Notes under the pieces: generated by a model
Databases searched by the model: none
The model's input: the letters and a program-made list of their open reading frames with translations, nothing else
What the model was told of the DNA's origin: nothing
Shown: piece after piece, positions 11,601 through 20,453 of the stretch
Layout: the number at the start of each line of letters is the position of its first letter
Position numbering within the stretch: the first letter of the stretch is position 1
Virus record (IMG/VR): IMGVR_UViG_3300030107_000806
Location: 1 to 50,395 of that record
Source of the DNA: a virus
Taxonomy: Duplodnaviria; Caudoviricetes
Direction: 5' to 3' (one strand)
Length of the DNA stretch: 50,395 bases
Position numbers and translations under genes: made by a program

Positions 11601-13764
11601 AAAGACTATTTTAAATCAATCAGATATTATTAATTTTGGAAGAGTAAAAAATTTTGACGAAGCAATGCAACAGTCTTCTCTTGCTAATCTTATTGATAGA
11701 GTAGGAACAAAGACAGCTAATAGAGATGCTATTATACCAACAGTAGGAAATAGATTATTATTTACACAAACAAGAAATCCTCTTGTTCGTCTTATTGGAC
11801 AATTCTCATCATGGGCTATGGCAAAATCTGCACAAACAAATGCTATGATGACAAGAGTAGAGAGTGGTGATTTACGAACAGCAATTGGTATGCTAAGTGC
11901 ATTAACTGCTTTTGGAGCTGTTAAAGATTTACGAGACTATGTAAAGTGGGGAGAATGGGATACTGTTGATAACCTTGAAGATGACCCTCAAACATGGTGG
12001 TCAGAAGCGGCAATGCTTTCTGGTAATTTAGGTTGGCTTTCTCAAACAATGGTTAATTCTTTTGTTAGATTTAAAGGTGGTTCACCTATAGAATTTTTTC
12101 CAGCAATAAGTTATGCTAGTGATGTAGCTTCTGGAGGAAAGAATGCTGTTATGGCAGGATTAAATATGCAAGACTGGGATAAAGCTGTAAGAGATTTTTA
12201 TAGAATTATGCCTGTTCCAACATTAAGAGCTATTCTTGATAGAATGGGTGTACCTTATATGGCATATCATAAAGACTTTAATATTAATCAAGACTACGAT
12301 AAAAAGAAAATATTAAAACCAAATATGTTTGCAGAGGGTGGACTTGCTACACAATCAAGAAAACTATTTGCGACTGGTGATATTGTTAAAGAAGAAAAAG
12401 AAAATAAAGAAGAAGTTTCTTTTGTAAATGCTTTTGATGAAGCAAGAAATAATAGACAAGAATTATTTATGTGGAATGGTAATCCTCATACAACAAGAAA
12501 AGCTGATGAGTCGGATGAACAATATAAAAATTTTTTAGGTGTTGACAAATTAGATAAGGATGTTGTTCTTAAAACTAATCACACACCGATAGAAGAAAAA
12601 GTATTTGAAGAAGTTACAGAAGATGCTCCAGAAAATAAACCAGTTAAAGTTATAGTAAAACAAAAACCAATTAGTATTTTTAATAATCCTTTAAACTTAG
12701 AACGAACTCAAAATTGGGCTGGTTCATTAGAAAAAGGGTATGGTGAGAATGAAAGATTTGCTATTTTTGATAATCCTATTATGGGAATTAGAGCAGGAAT
12801 TAGAGATATTAATACAAAAGTTGATAGATTAGATGGGGATGTTTCAAAAATTATAACATCGTTTGCTCCTAAAAAAGAAAATAAATACTTAAATAATTAT
12901 ATTAATTTTGTAAAAAATAAAATAGGAAAAGATATAATTACAAAAGCAGATGTTCCTAATGTAGTAAAAGCTATGATAGAATTTGAAAATAAACCTTCAG
13001 TTGCTAGATATTATTTAGATAATCCGGAATGGTTTGATGAAGCTATTCGTTTAGAAAAATTTGATTTAGATAAATCTTATAAATATGTAGATGAAAATAG
13101 AAAAGAATTTCATAGTGGTGGTATGGCACACACACATGGACCAAAGAAACCAAAGAAGACTAGCAGTTGGAAATCTTTGTTTACTTCTAATGCGGCTTAT
13201 GGCGGAGATAGTTCTAGTAGTGGAAGTAGTTCTAGTTCTTCTAGTAATACTGCTTTTAATGATAGCAAAGAAAAATATCTAGCTAGTACACAAGGTGGAA
13301 CTAATACTAATAATAATGTTACTGTTAATAGTAATAATAATAATGATAGTAATAATAACAATACATTTCTAACTGGTACAGATATTACAATTCCACTTCC
13401 GGGTGAGGATAAAGAAGTTGTTAAAGAAAAAATGAAAAGAGTTTGGGAAGACAAAGAAATGAAAGCAGGAGCTTGGAAAAAGTTTGATGCATTTGGTGGT
13501 GAAGCTAATATTGGTGGAGAATTATTTTTACAATCAGCAGGAACAGGTTTAGAAATAGATACAGGAATAAGAGCCGATGCTACTTGGCAAAGAGGTGATA
13601 CATTTATACAAGGACAATATGACGATGGCGACTGGTCTGTAATAGGTAAGAAGGGTATTCTTGAAGCCGGTGTAAAAGGTGATGAAGACCACACATCTGG
13701 CTATATAGGAGCAAACATATCCTTTAAAAGTGGCGGATTACTTGACAGAAAAAGACTTAAATAA
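8695..13764 (+). CDS. Large internal virion protein with a C-terminal lysozyme-like domain
   Basis: 1689 aa; Gly/Ala hydrophobic helices; NNPLNL...FAIFDNPIMGIRA...FAPKKEN...YINFV resembles the NNPGNI-type muralytic domain; T7 gp16-like position. Confidence 0.75.
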   Translation: MATSNLNKEDWDLSSLESATQIPSNIDNNQSSTSNVATNTIDTSGWNIPDYIQNYDDPTTIRKIKYGAAQETYLLGDVWRLTKSAFEAAIGPDSFAEEREETEEERLQKIYDNFPEFKSGRFDNDMAVWGGRSLIMLTDPVYMLMPWSRAAQAGKLYKGWKKYGAATGALAGLGGTVGAADMAIREFARTGKVTPRNVAIGATAGAVLSPAFLGIQKVGAMGLNKLFPQLFKNKQMQKEVTDILHGIHKNKYNLNDKQLQNVYNISKDKNIIKLFQDIDGAENVYKNYLKPKEELTALVQGIREASKKGIKIRLKTFKFQGKKYNVRNYKERKILSKEINKKMGESLKDQARKESKLQIEIVKQLHSAGGLTSRTTRQIARMMTTNLARPAFGGAGGAVYGTLFTDSDEGFWKAVGAGVGIGMTHKVLMRGGIKGVPTAVQKELGQGIVKNYLSNLDRFTRITMAMTQQSKLTQRGPILDEFSNLFFARPTDTVRLNMWGKVAKNQDESLGLIGSGNSVEELAERRFALLADDIYTKVVAGASRDVQADAIKIVRGFKGKTSSEAKDLSKRIKNFLGDFRSYYKDVGFSEKEMLINYFPRKFNFKLIANNREEFQKDIVKIIDNLKRDKKSKYFKDKRKSDDIAEEYINSVQRTHTDPIIDFKKATGGVEYSNTYNFKLPMSQHIELERALQGSYKDVESILGKWTVNEADKVLLDVVRTSVKSIEFARVFGKHGQGFKTFLDRLNDQYAKSGFKKVRGFYGTNPEGAGSPHRNDVEAMHNAVNSFFNRYGRKGTEGEKLTAAWLSTMANFSMMDKVTIANLGDLIQPFQNSRHWLSAIQGIFGGQGISRQMAQKFTQGTKQSFKDAYYSDTTGSTPYAIGNKGGSVRSLLGIANEKFFKFIGLEAVTNMARRYAYNVGAIDTFKTAKRLALRLQKTGGKSLNDLTDSTSLKDINHLIKTGALKVGKDGKTILNQSDIINFGRVKNFDEAMQQSSLANLIDRVGTKTANRDAIIPTVGNRLLFTQTRNPLVRLIGQFSSWAMAKSAQTNAMMTRVESGDLRTAIGMLSALTAFGAVKDLRDYVKWGEWDTVDNLEDDPQTWWSEAAMLSGNLGWLSQTMVNSFVRFKGGSPIEFFPAISYASDVASGGKNAVMAGLNMQDWDKAVRDFYRIMPVPTLRAILDRMGVPYMAYHKDFNINQDYDKKKILKPNMFAEGGLATQSRKLFATGDIVKEEKENKEEVSFVNAFDEARNNRQELFMWNGNPHTTRKADESDEQYKNFLGVDKLDKDVVLKTNHTPIEEKVFEEVTEDAPENKPVKVIVKQKPISIFNNPLNLERTQNWAGSLEKGYGENERFAIFDNPIMGIRAGIRDINTKVDRLDGDVSKIITSFAPKKENKYLNNYINFVKNKIGKDIITKADVPNVVKAMIEFENKPSVARYYLDNPEWFDEAIRLEKFDLDKSYKYVDENRKEFHSGGMAHTHGPKKPKKTSSWKSLFTSNAAYGGDSSSSGSSSSSSSNTAFNDSKEKYLASTQGGTNTNNNVTVNSNNNNDSNNNNTFLTGTDITIPLPGEDKEVVKEKMKRVWEDKEMKAGAWKKFDAFGGEANIGGELFLQSAGTGLEIDTGIRADATWQRGDTFIQGQYDDGDWSVIGKKGILEAGVKGDEDHTSGYIGANISFKSGGLLDRKRLK

Positions 13765-13767
13765 GTC

Positions 13768-13796
13768 TTGACAAAAGCACCATAGAGGTGTATAAT
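13768..13796 (+). promoter_or_regulatory. sigma70 promoter for hsp20
   Basis: TTGACA-17-TATAAT perfect consensus. Confidence 0.85.
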
Positions 13797-13803
13797 ATAA
13801 TAA

Positions 13804-13867
13804 TACAGGATAGCTACAGGTAGTATTCTGTATAATAACAACTCGCTTAATGAAAGGAGCAAATATG
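13804..13867 (+). promoter_or_regulatory. ROSE-like RNA thermometer in hsp20 5' UTR
   Basis: Upstream hairpin (13804-13832) plus CUC(G)CUU (13842-13848) pairing with SD AAGGAG (13854-13859) with a bulged G. Confidence 0.65.
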
Positions 13868-14281
13868 AACCTACCTACTAGGGTCTTTGACCCATTTAAA
13901 AATATGACTGTTGGCTTTGATAATATCTTTGACCAACTCTCAACTCTATCGGACTTTGATATTCCGAACTATCCACCCTACAACATAAAGAAAATTGATA
14001 AAGAAAATTATCAATTAGAAATGGCATTGGCAGGGTTTACAAAAGCAGATGTTATTGTAGAGGTAAAAGAAAATACTTTAACAATATCTGGTAAGTCTTC
14101 TGATAAAGAAGAAGATAGTTTTGTTCATCAAGGTATAGCTCGAAGAGCATTTAAAAGACGATGGACTTTAGCAGAACATCTTGAAGTAGATGAAGCTAAA
14201 TTAAAAGATGGTATTCTTATTGTGAAGATGAAATTAAATCTTCCAGAAGAAAAGAAACCAAAAACAATCACAATAAAATAA
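13865..14281 (+). CDS. hsp20: Small heat-shock protein Hsp20 (IbpA-like)
   Basis: NYPPYNI, LEMALAGF, HQGIARRAFKR, AKLKDGIL, PEEKKP motifs; start moved to 13865 behind AAGGAG. Confidence 0.95.
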   Translation: MNLPTRVFDPFKNMTVGFDNIFDQLSTLSDFDIPNYPPYNIKKIDKENYQLEMALAGFTKADVIVEVKENTLTISGKSSDKEEDSFVHQGIARRAFKRRWTLAEHLEVDEAKLKDGILIVKMKLNLPEEKKPKTITIK

Positions 14282-14284
14282 AAG

Positions 14285-14310
14285 GTAGGGGGTATAAAAG
14301 CCCCCACTTA
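14285..14310 (+). terminator. Hairpin after hsp20, possible terminator
   Basis: GGGGG/CCCCC stem right after the stop; weak U tail. Confidence 0.45.
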
Positions 14311-14311
14311 A

Positions 14312-14542
14312 ATGAGATACTTATTAATATTAATAATAATACTAACATTAACAGGAGAAGTTATGGCAGGACCAAAAAAGAAAAAGAAACTGGAAAAGAA
14401 ATGGACTCCAGTTGATACGACAGAGCCAGTTTATACTGAACCTGTTAATAAAACAATACAATGGAAAGGAATTGAAGTAGGTAATGTGTATGGAAAAAGA
14501 CCTAACTTCAGTAAATTAATAAAAAATTTTTTAAAAAACTAA
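14312..14542 (+). CDS. Hypothetical basic protein (alternative start ATG 14363)
   Basis: ORF; AGGAG precedes the internal ATG (MAGPKKKKK), while the longer form has a signal-like N-terminus. Confidence 0.6.
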   Translation: MRYLLILIIILTLTGEVMAGPKKKKKLEKKWTPVDTTEPVYTEPVNKTIQWKGIEVGNVYGKRPNFSKLIKNFLKN

Positions 14543-14552
14543 GGAGGAAACT

Positions 14553-14648
14553 ATGAAGTATTGGAAAGATTTAAGCAAAAAAGGTAAGATTGCAGCAGGA
14601 ATAGGTGCTGTTGTTGTTCTTTTTATTGCGTGGACTATAATAGTTTAA
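14553..14648 (+). CDS. 31-aa single-TM peptide (not in ORF track)
   Basis: AAGGAGG RBS; MKYWKDLSKKGKIAAGIGAVVVLFIAWTIIV. Confidence 0.75.
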   Translation: MKYWKDLSKKGKIAAGIGAVVVLFIAWTIIV

Positions 14649-14665
14649 ACTAAAAGGAGATTAAT

Positions 14666-15103
14666 ATGTTAGGCGGATTGCCTGTAGAAATGATAACAAT
14701 GCTAGGTTCTAGCTTACTGGGTGGGTTTATGTCTATCTGGGGTCAGAGCATTAAGGCAAAACAAGCAGAACAAAAGATGTTACTTGCTCGTGGTAAGTTT
14801 CAAATGGAGGAAATTGATAAAGCGAGAAGGTATGAGAACAAAGGATTTCAATGGACAAGAAGAATAATTGCTTTAACAGCAGTCTTCTTTATCATTGCGT
14901 ATCCTAAAATAGTTCCAGTCTTTTTTGATACAAGTGTCTTTCTAACATGGACAGAATTTACTAGAGGATTTTTATTCCTCATAGAAAAGAAAGAAATTGT
15001 AATGGACAAAGAGTTCTTTGGTGTAGTAATAACACCACTTGACACTCACTTAATGTCTGCTATAATAGGATTATATTTTGGTGGTAGTTTAGTTAAGAAG
15101 TAA
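14666..15103 (+). CDS. Putative holin / multi-TM membrane protein
   Basis: Three hydrophobic segments, WTRR motif, C-terminal IIGLYFG; last gene of the + block; AAGGAG RBS. Confidence 0.65.
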   Translation: MLGGLPVEMITMLGSSLLGGFMSIWGQSIKAKQAEQKMLLARGKFQMEEIDKARRYENKGFQWTRRIIALTAVFFIIAYPKIVPVFFDTSVFLTWTEFTRGFLFLIEKKEIVMDKEFFGVVITPLDTHLMSAIIGLYFGGSLVKK

Positions 15104-15326
15104 ATTTACAATACTGTTCTAACCATTCATGTACAACTAAAAATTTTCGTTTTGCTTCGGCAACAACATTAATAAAAAAATTTCGTTCCTCCCGAATTTT
15201 AAAACACTTATACATAACCTCTTTATCCTCAATGGGTAGAGAGGTTATTTCAGTTATAAGCTTACCTTCTCTATCTAGGAGAAGCTTGTACGAAAATATC
15301 GTAGTCTCTTGTATTTTTTTCGGCAT
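15093..15326 (-). CDS. Hypothetical protein
   Basis: 77-aa ORF at the end of the replication operon. Confidence 0.65.
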   Translation of the reverse strand: MPKKIQETTIFSYKLLLDREGKLITEITSLPIEDKEVMYKCFKIREERNFFINVVAEAKRKFLVVHEWLEQYCKFTS

Positions 15327-15335
15327 ACAATACCA

Positions 15336-16337
15336 CTAACTATTTTCTACATCATCAAAAACATTTGACCAATTTCCTTTGACACTTGCTTTAGTGTAAG
15401 CAGAAGCTCTGCCTTCAAAGAAGTTTTGGTGTTCAACACCTATTACTTCATCCCACCAAGTTAAAGGATTATCACTCACTCCAAAATTAGGTTTCAATCC
15501 TAATTGTAATAAGCGTCTATCAGCAATATATCTATTGTATTGTTTCATCTCTTCTAATGTTAGACCTTGTATATCCCCCATCTCAAAAACTAATTCAATA
15601 AATTTATCTTCATGTGCAACCATTTCTCTACATATCTGATAGATTTCTTTCTTGAAATCATCTGTCCATATGTCTAGGTTCTCTTTAATAAGAGTACGAA
15701 ATATCTTTGTCATACCCTCAACATGAAGTGACTCATCCCTAATAGAATAATCAACTATCTTACACATCCCTTTCATTTTTCCAAATCGTTGGAAGTTAAT
15801 TAGTATTGCAAAGCTAGAAAATAATTGTAGTCCTTCTGTAAATCCAGAATAAACTGCAAGAGCTTTAGCTAAATCTTTTAATTGTTTCTTTGATTTTATT
15901 TCTGATGTTTCAAACTGTTGAATGTAATCATGTTTGGCTGACATCTCTTCATACTTTGCAAATGCTTTGTACTCTGACTCTGGCATACCAACAGTATCAA
16001 GCAACAATGAGTAAGCGTGTTGATGTACTGACTCAATGTTTGCAAATGAACCCATCATCATTCTTAATTCTGGTTTCTTAAATAGTGGTATATACTTATC
16101 AAAATATCCTGCACCTACATCTACATCTGATTGAGTAAACAATCTAAATATTTGTATAAGTAAATTTTTTTCTGCCGGTGATAACTTTTGATTCCAGTCT
16201 TTAACATCTTCATGCATTGGTACATCTTCTGGCAACCAATGTAATTGATTTTGTAATTGGTAATAATCAAATGCCCATGGGTATTCGAATGGTTTATAAT
16301 AAGTTCTTTCTTTAAATAATTGACTTACGCTTGACAT
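15336..16337 (-). CDS. nrdB: Ribonucleotide reductase class I beta subunit
   Basis: YKPFEYPWA, FTQSDVDV, ESVHQHAY (radical Tyr), EGLQLFSSF, RDESLH di-iron motifs; ATG 16337 follows GAGGAGG. Confidence 0.96.
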   Translation of the reverse strand: MSSVSQLFKERTYYKPFEYPWAFDYYQLQNQLHWLPEDVPMHEDVKDWNQKLSPAEKNLLIQIFRLFTQSDVDVGAGYFDKYIPLFKKPELRMMMGSFANIESVHQHAYSLLLDTVGMPESEYKAFAKYEEMSAKHDYIQQFETSEIKSKKQLKDLAKALAVYSGFTEGLQLFSSFAILINFQRFGKMKGMCKIVDYSIRDESLHVEGMTKIFRTLIKENLDIWTDDFKKEIYQICREMVAHEDKFIELVFEMGDIQGLTLEEMKQYNRYIADRRLLQLGLKPNFGVSDNPLTWWDEVIGVEHQNFFEGRASAYTKASVKGNWSNVFDDVENS

Positions 16338-18229
16338 GATAAACAAACCTCCTCTTCATTGTCTTGTTCTAGTCGTACTCTCTTAACCTTTAAGTTAATA
16401 TTCTCTGCACTTTTTGCTTCCCTACTTCTTAGGTAATACAAACTTTTTAATCCTTGTTTCCATGCTTGATAATGTACTTTGTTAGTATAACGCAAGAAAT
16501 TATCATGCTCTTCTTGTGGAGCTTGTATGCGTGGAGCAACAAAAAATAAATTAACTGATTGAGCTTGACAGATATACTGTTGTCGCTTTGATGCGTGTTC
16601 GACAATCCAATTCTGGTCTATCTCATTCGCTGTTTTAAATACATCCTTTTCCATATCAGTTAAAAAGTCAAGGTGTTTTACTGAACCATCTTGTTCACTA
16701 ATGCTTTGCCATATCTTATCTTTAAATAAGGTATAATCACTATCATATTCTTTTTGTAGTTCTTCGTCTGCATTCCATTTAAGTTTAAGTAAGTTATGTA
16801 ATTGTCCATTTCTTACTTGGAATGTACCACTTAAAGTTTTATGTGTGTAAACATTTGCTCTTATTGGTTCTATCGAAGGACTTGTACCACCACAAATAAT
16901 ACTTGATGTAGCATTTGGAGCAATAGCAAGTAGGTGTGCATTACGCATACCAGTACCTTCCATGTCTGGTGCTTCTCCTCTTTCAATAGCTAACTCTTTA
17001 GAAGTTTCAACTGCTAATTCTTTTATCTGTTTAAAGATTTTTATATTCTGACCTGTAGCAATAGGACTATCAAAAGGAACATTTAATTTTTGTAAGTAAG
17101 TATGAAATCCCATAGCCCCTAGCCCAACACTTCGTTCTCTGTATGCACTATAACCAGATTTTTCAAACCCAGACATATCATCTTTAACTTTCATGTCTAA
17201 AATTTTTCCCTCATAATCATAAGAAAAATCATAAGTTGCCATGATAAAATGTTCTAAAACATTATCTAACATTCGTATCATGTCCGGAATAAATGTAGCT
17301 GATGTAGACCATTCATCATACTGTGCTAAATTAACACTAGACAAACAACATACAGCAGTTCTATCCTCATTGGTAGGTAAAGTTATTTCACTACATAAAT
17401 TAGATTGATTAACTTTTAATCCTAACTTTTGTTGTGACTCTGGTAAATGTTTATTAGATGTATCAATGAAATGTAAATAAGGTTCACCTGTTTCATGTCT
17501 TGTTTCTAATATTAATCTCCATAATTCTCTTGCATTAATAGACTTAGAAACTTTATTAGAGTGTGGGTCAATTAATTTCCAATCAATATTTTTAGATACT
17601 GCATTCATAAAGTCATCAGTAATATTAATTCCATGATGAAGGTTAAGACATTTTCTATTAATGTCACCGCCAGAAGACTTACGCATAAATAAAAACTCTT
17701 CTATCTCTGGATGAGACACACTCATATAACAAGCATAACTTCCTCGTCTTGTAGTTCCTTGATTGAATGCTAACATTTGACTATCAACCACTCTCATAAA
17801 AGGAATTGAACCTGTTGACATAGAGCCATGTGAGGTTGATGTTCCGTCACTTCTTATGTCGCCCCAATAACCACCAATACCACCACCATTACTTGCTAAC
17901 CAAATGTTCTCATCATAATGGTCACTTAATCCCCTTCTACTATCGTGTACATAATTAAGAAAACAAGATATAGGTAATCCTTTTTTTGTACCGGCATTAG
18001 AAAGTATCGGAGAAGAAAAACCAAACCAAGTTTTACTTGCATAATCATATATTCTTTGTGCCATATCCCAATCAGTCTTACCTCTATAAGTAGAGACATA
18101 CTTAGATGCTCTAGCAAAGGCGTGTTGAGGGGATGTTTCATTCTTATCTAGGTATCTATCTTGTATTGTAGCTATACCAAATGGTGTTAAATTTTTATCT
18201 CGTTCTAAATCTATTTTAATTTTACTCAT
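16325..18229 (-). CDS. nrdA: Ribonucleotide reductase class I alpha subunit (compact, no evident ATP cone)
   Basis: PISCF, SNLCSEI, AIAPNATSS, KSLYYLR, C-terminal CLSC. Confidence 0.96.
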   Translation of the reverse strand: MSKIKIDLERDKNLTPFGIATIQDRYLDKNETSPQHAFARASKYVSTYRGKTDWDMAQRIYDYASKTWFGFSSPILSNAGTKKGLPISCFLNYVHDSRRGLSDHYDENIWLASNGGGIGGYWGDIRSDGTSTSHGSMSTGSIPFMRVVDSQMLAFNQGTTRRGSYACYMSVSHPEIEEFLFMRKSSGGDINRKCLNLHHGINITDDFMNAVSKNIDWKLIDPHSNKVSKSINARELWRLILETRHETGEPYLHFIDTSNKHLPESQQKLGLKVNQSNLCSEITLPTNEDRTAVCCLSSVNLAQYDEWSTSATFIPDMIRMLDNVLEHFIMATYDFSYDYEGKILDMKVKDDMSGFEKSGYSAYRERSVGLGAMGFHTYLQKLNVPFDSPIATGQNIKIFKQIKELAVETSKELAIERGEAPDMEGTGMRNAHLLAIAPNATSSIICGGTSPSIEPIRANVYTHKTLSGTFQVRNGQLHNLLKLKWNADEELQKEYDSDYTLFKDKIWQSISEQDGSVKHLDFLTDMEKDVFKTANEIDQNWIVEHASKRQQYICQAQSVNLFFVAPRIQAPQEEHDNFLRYTNKVHYQAWKQGLKSLYYLRSREAKSAENINLKVKRVRLEQDNEEEVCLSCQA

Positions 18230-18497
18230 GTGATTTACACTCCCCTGCTATTGACATATAAGCAGACCCATCAATGTATGTATCACTACTAACTGCTCCT
18301 AGTTTTGTTCTTGCTATCTTTAATAAACACATCATAATTGCTACATCGTGTGGTGTTATCTCAACATCTTTATATGCTGACCATAACTTTGCAATGTTAT
18401 TATGGTTCTTAACTTTATCTCCATAGTCCTTATGTCTGTCGCCACCAACCAATTGTATAGCAGTTGTTAATAAATCTTTAGTGTTTAACTGGTCCAT
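18222..18497 (-). CDS. DUF6378-like phage protein
   Basis: GDRHKDYGD...IAKLWSAY...DVAIMMCLLKIAR...DTYIDGSAY pattern. Confidence 0.75.
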   Translation of the reverse strand: MDQLNTKDLLTTAIQLVGGDRHKDYGDKVKNHNNIAKLWSAYKDVEITPHDVAIMMCLLKIARTKLGAVSSDTYIDGSAYMSIAGECKSHE

Positions 18498-18714
18498 TAT
18501 CTTTTCCTTTCTTCCCTAGTATAACCTTTTCCATTTCTCTCATGCCAATGTACTGACACAAAGCATTATTGTTTTCACAAAACCAATGTAGTCCTGTACC
18601 TGTCATCATTATGCCTGTATCATCAGACATATTAATAAATTCTATATGCATCTTTTTTGTTTTACCAATACCTGTTGTTGATAATACAATATAAGCTTTA
18701 CCTTCTTCTAACAT
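18478..18714 (-). CDS. Hypothetical protein
   Basis: Start taken at internal ATG (MLEEGKAY) to avoid a long overlap with the endonuclease. Confidence 0.6.
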   Translation of the reverse strand: MLEEGKAYIVLSTTGIGKTKKMHIEFINMSDDTGIMMTGTGLHWFCENNNALCQYIGMREMEKVILGKKGKDNGPVKH

Positions 18715-19072
18715 TTTTAACCATCCATTCTTTTGGTATATCTTTATCACACCATTTAAAATTATTTTTCTCACACCACATAGCATAAGTTGTTTTAGAT
18801 TTCTTACTTAACTTAACATTAGGATTTTGAAAACAAAAACGAATATCACAATTCGTACTCTCTCTAATCCAAATATGTTTCTTTCTATCGTCAACTTTAA
18901 ATCTACCTTTTATTTCTACATATACATTAGTGCTAGGAAAATAAAGGTCGGGAAGATAAGAACGATGAATGACCGGTTGAACATACTTTATTTTTTCTCG
19001 TTCATAAAAGAACTTAATCTTCTTTGACTTTAATTTTTTTATTACTGTAGCTTCAAACTTAGAACGATACAT
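18698..19072 (-). CDS. Endonuclease I / Holliday junction resolvase (T7 gp3-like)
   Basis: YRSKFE, YLPDL, VEIKGRF, DRKKH, DIRFCF, TTYAMWC motifs. Confidence 0.92.
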   Translation of the reverse strand: MYRSKFEATVIKKLKSKKIKFFYEREKIKYVQPVIHRSYLPDLYFPSTNVYVEIKGRFKVDDRKKHIWIRESTNCDIRFCFQNPNVKLSKKSKTTYAMWCEKNNFKWCDKDIPKEWMVKNVRRR

Positions 19073-19335
19073 TATTTTTTATTATATATTATATCATATA
19101 ATTCTTGGAATGTCAAGTCTGGATTTTGTTTTAACTTTTTAATTACCCACTTGTATGACCACGCACTTAATTGAATTTGATTTTGAAACCAGTAATGAGT
19201 TTGTTCTGGCATCATTTCAAATAAATTTTTTTCATTAATCTTTTCTTTCTCTGGTCCTTCGACTAATGATTGCAACCATTCAACAAGAATACCTCGAGCT
19301 TTCTTTCGTATCTTTTTTATTTTCTTTCTATTCAT
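19072..19335 (-). CDS. Hypothetical protein
   Basis: 87-aa ORF coupled to its neighbours. Confidence 0.7.
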   Translation of the reverse strand: MNRKKIKKIRKKARGILVEWLQSLVEGPEKEKINEKNLFEMMPEQTHYWFQNQIQLSAWSYKWVIKKLKQNPDLTFQELYDIIYNKK

Positions 19336-19573
19336 CTTTACATTTCTCTGTGTTCTTTACTTTACTACAATAAAATTCTTTTGCTCTTTCATTCTGTGAT
19401 TTTATTTTTTCATTTTTATTTTTTAAAATCTTTTTCTTTTTATCTGGGTTAGGTTCTTCTTCCAATACTATCTCTACTACCTTTGCGGTTTCTTTAGCTA
19501 CAAATAAAGCACAACCTGTACAAGTAAATAATAATATTAATACTAATAAAAACATTACAAAAAATTTATACAT
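19328..19573 (-). CDS. Putative lipoprotein
   Basis: Hydrophobic signal ending in a CTGC lipobox-like motif. Confidence 0.65.
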   Translation of the reverse strand: MYKFFVMFLLVLILLFTCTGCALFVAKETAKVVEIVLEEEPNPDKKKKILKNKNEKIKSQNERAKEFYCSKVKNTEKCKDE

Positions 19574-20453
19574 TTACTTTTAGCTCCTCAACATTAGGTT
19601 CTTTAACAATCTTTGTCATATATACATTACTCTTTGCATACTTAAATAATCTTAAACCTTTACCTTCGTTAGCGTCAGAATGACATTCAACTTTATGTTG
19701 ACAATAAAAACAACCTAAAGGTAATTTCATGTTACCACCTTTCTCGTGTGGTATAGGTTCGTAACATTTTGCAGGTGGTTTATCATCTGCTAATTTTTCT
19801 TTAACATCTTTAATTAAATGTTTAACATTTGGTTTCATTAAATCATCTGGTCTAAACAAAGCTAACTCTCCTGTCGCTTTATTCAATGCAAGGAAGCCAC
19901 CCTTATCACTATCTTCATTCTCTTCATAACCGGATAGCTGTGCGACATAACCAAATGGGTCGTCACCATATAACGAACCATCCTTAAACTTTTTAAAACT
20001 ATACGATGAAGCAGTCTTAACATCAACAACTTCTCCATCAATTTTACTATCCATGTGTCCTACAATTCCATCAACAGTCACTTTCTTTTGTTGGTCTGTC
20101 ACTTCATGTCCTGCTAATTCTGCAAGAAATAAAATAAGATGTTCCATAAAATGCCCTGTTAAAAATTTTAATTGTAGTGCAGGGTCTGGTGTAGTTTTCT
20201 TAAATGGTCTATGTCTATCATACCATAACTGTCTTGCTGGTCTTCCAAGTATAGACATTCGTAAAACTTTTTTATCTGCTTTCATAGGATTTGTAAAATC
20301 CATTACGACTTCTTTTATATTATTTAAAAATTTAGATAGCTGTTCTTCACTAACATTTATTTTCTTTTTATAAGTAAGATTAACAAGTAACTTATTTATA
20401 TCTGGAACTAATGTATCTAAACTTTTAGTGTGTTTCTTTCCAGTTGTTTCCAA
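19566..20453 (-). CDS. PD-(D/E)XK (Cas4-like) exonuclease
   Basis: LRMSILGRP.RQLWY, GHMD...DVKTAS, YVAQLSGY, CFYC...C. Confidence 0.88.
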   Translation of the reverse strand: METTGKKHTKSLDTLVPDINKLLVNLTYKKKINVSEEQLSKFLNNIKEVVMDFTNPMKADKKVLRMSILGRPARQLWYDRHRPFKKTTPDPALQLKFLTGHFMEHLILFLAELAGHEVTDQQKKVTVDGIVGHMDSKIDGEVVDVKTASSYSFKKFKDGSLYGDDPFGYVAQLSGYEENEDSDKGGFLALNKATGELALFRPDDLMKPNVKHLIKDVKEKLADDKPPAKCYEPIPHEKGGNMKLPLGCFYCQHKVECHSDANEGKGLRLFKYAKSNVYMTKIVKEPNVEELKVNV

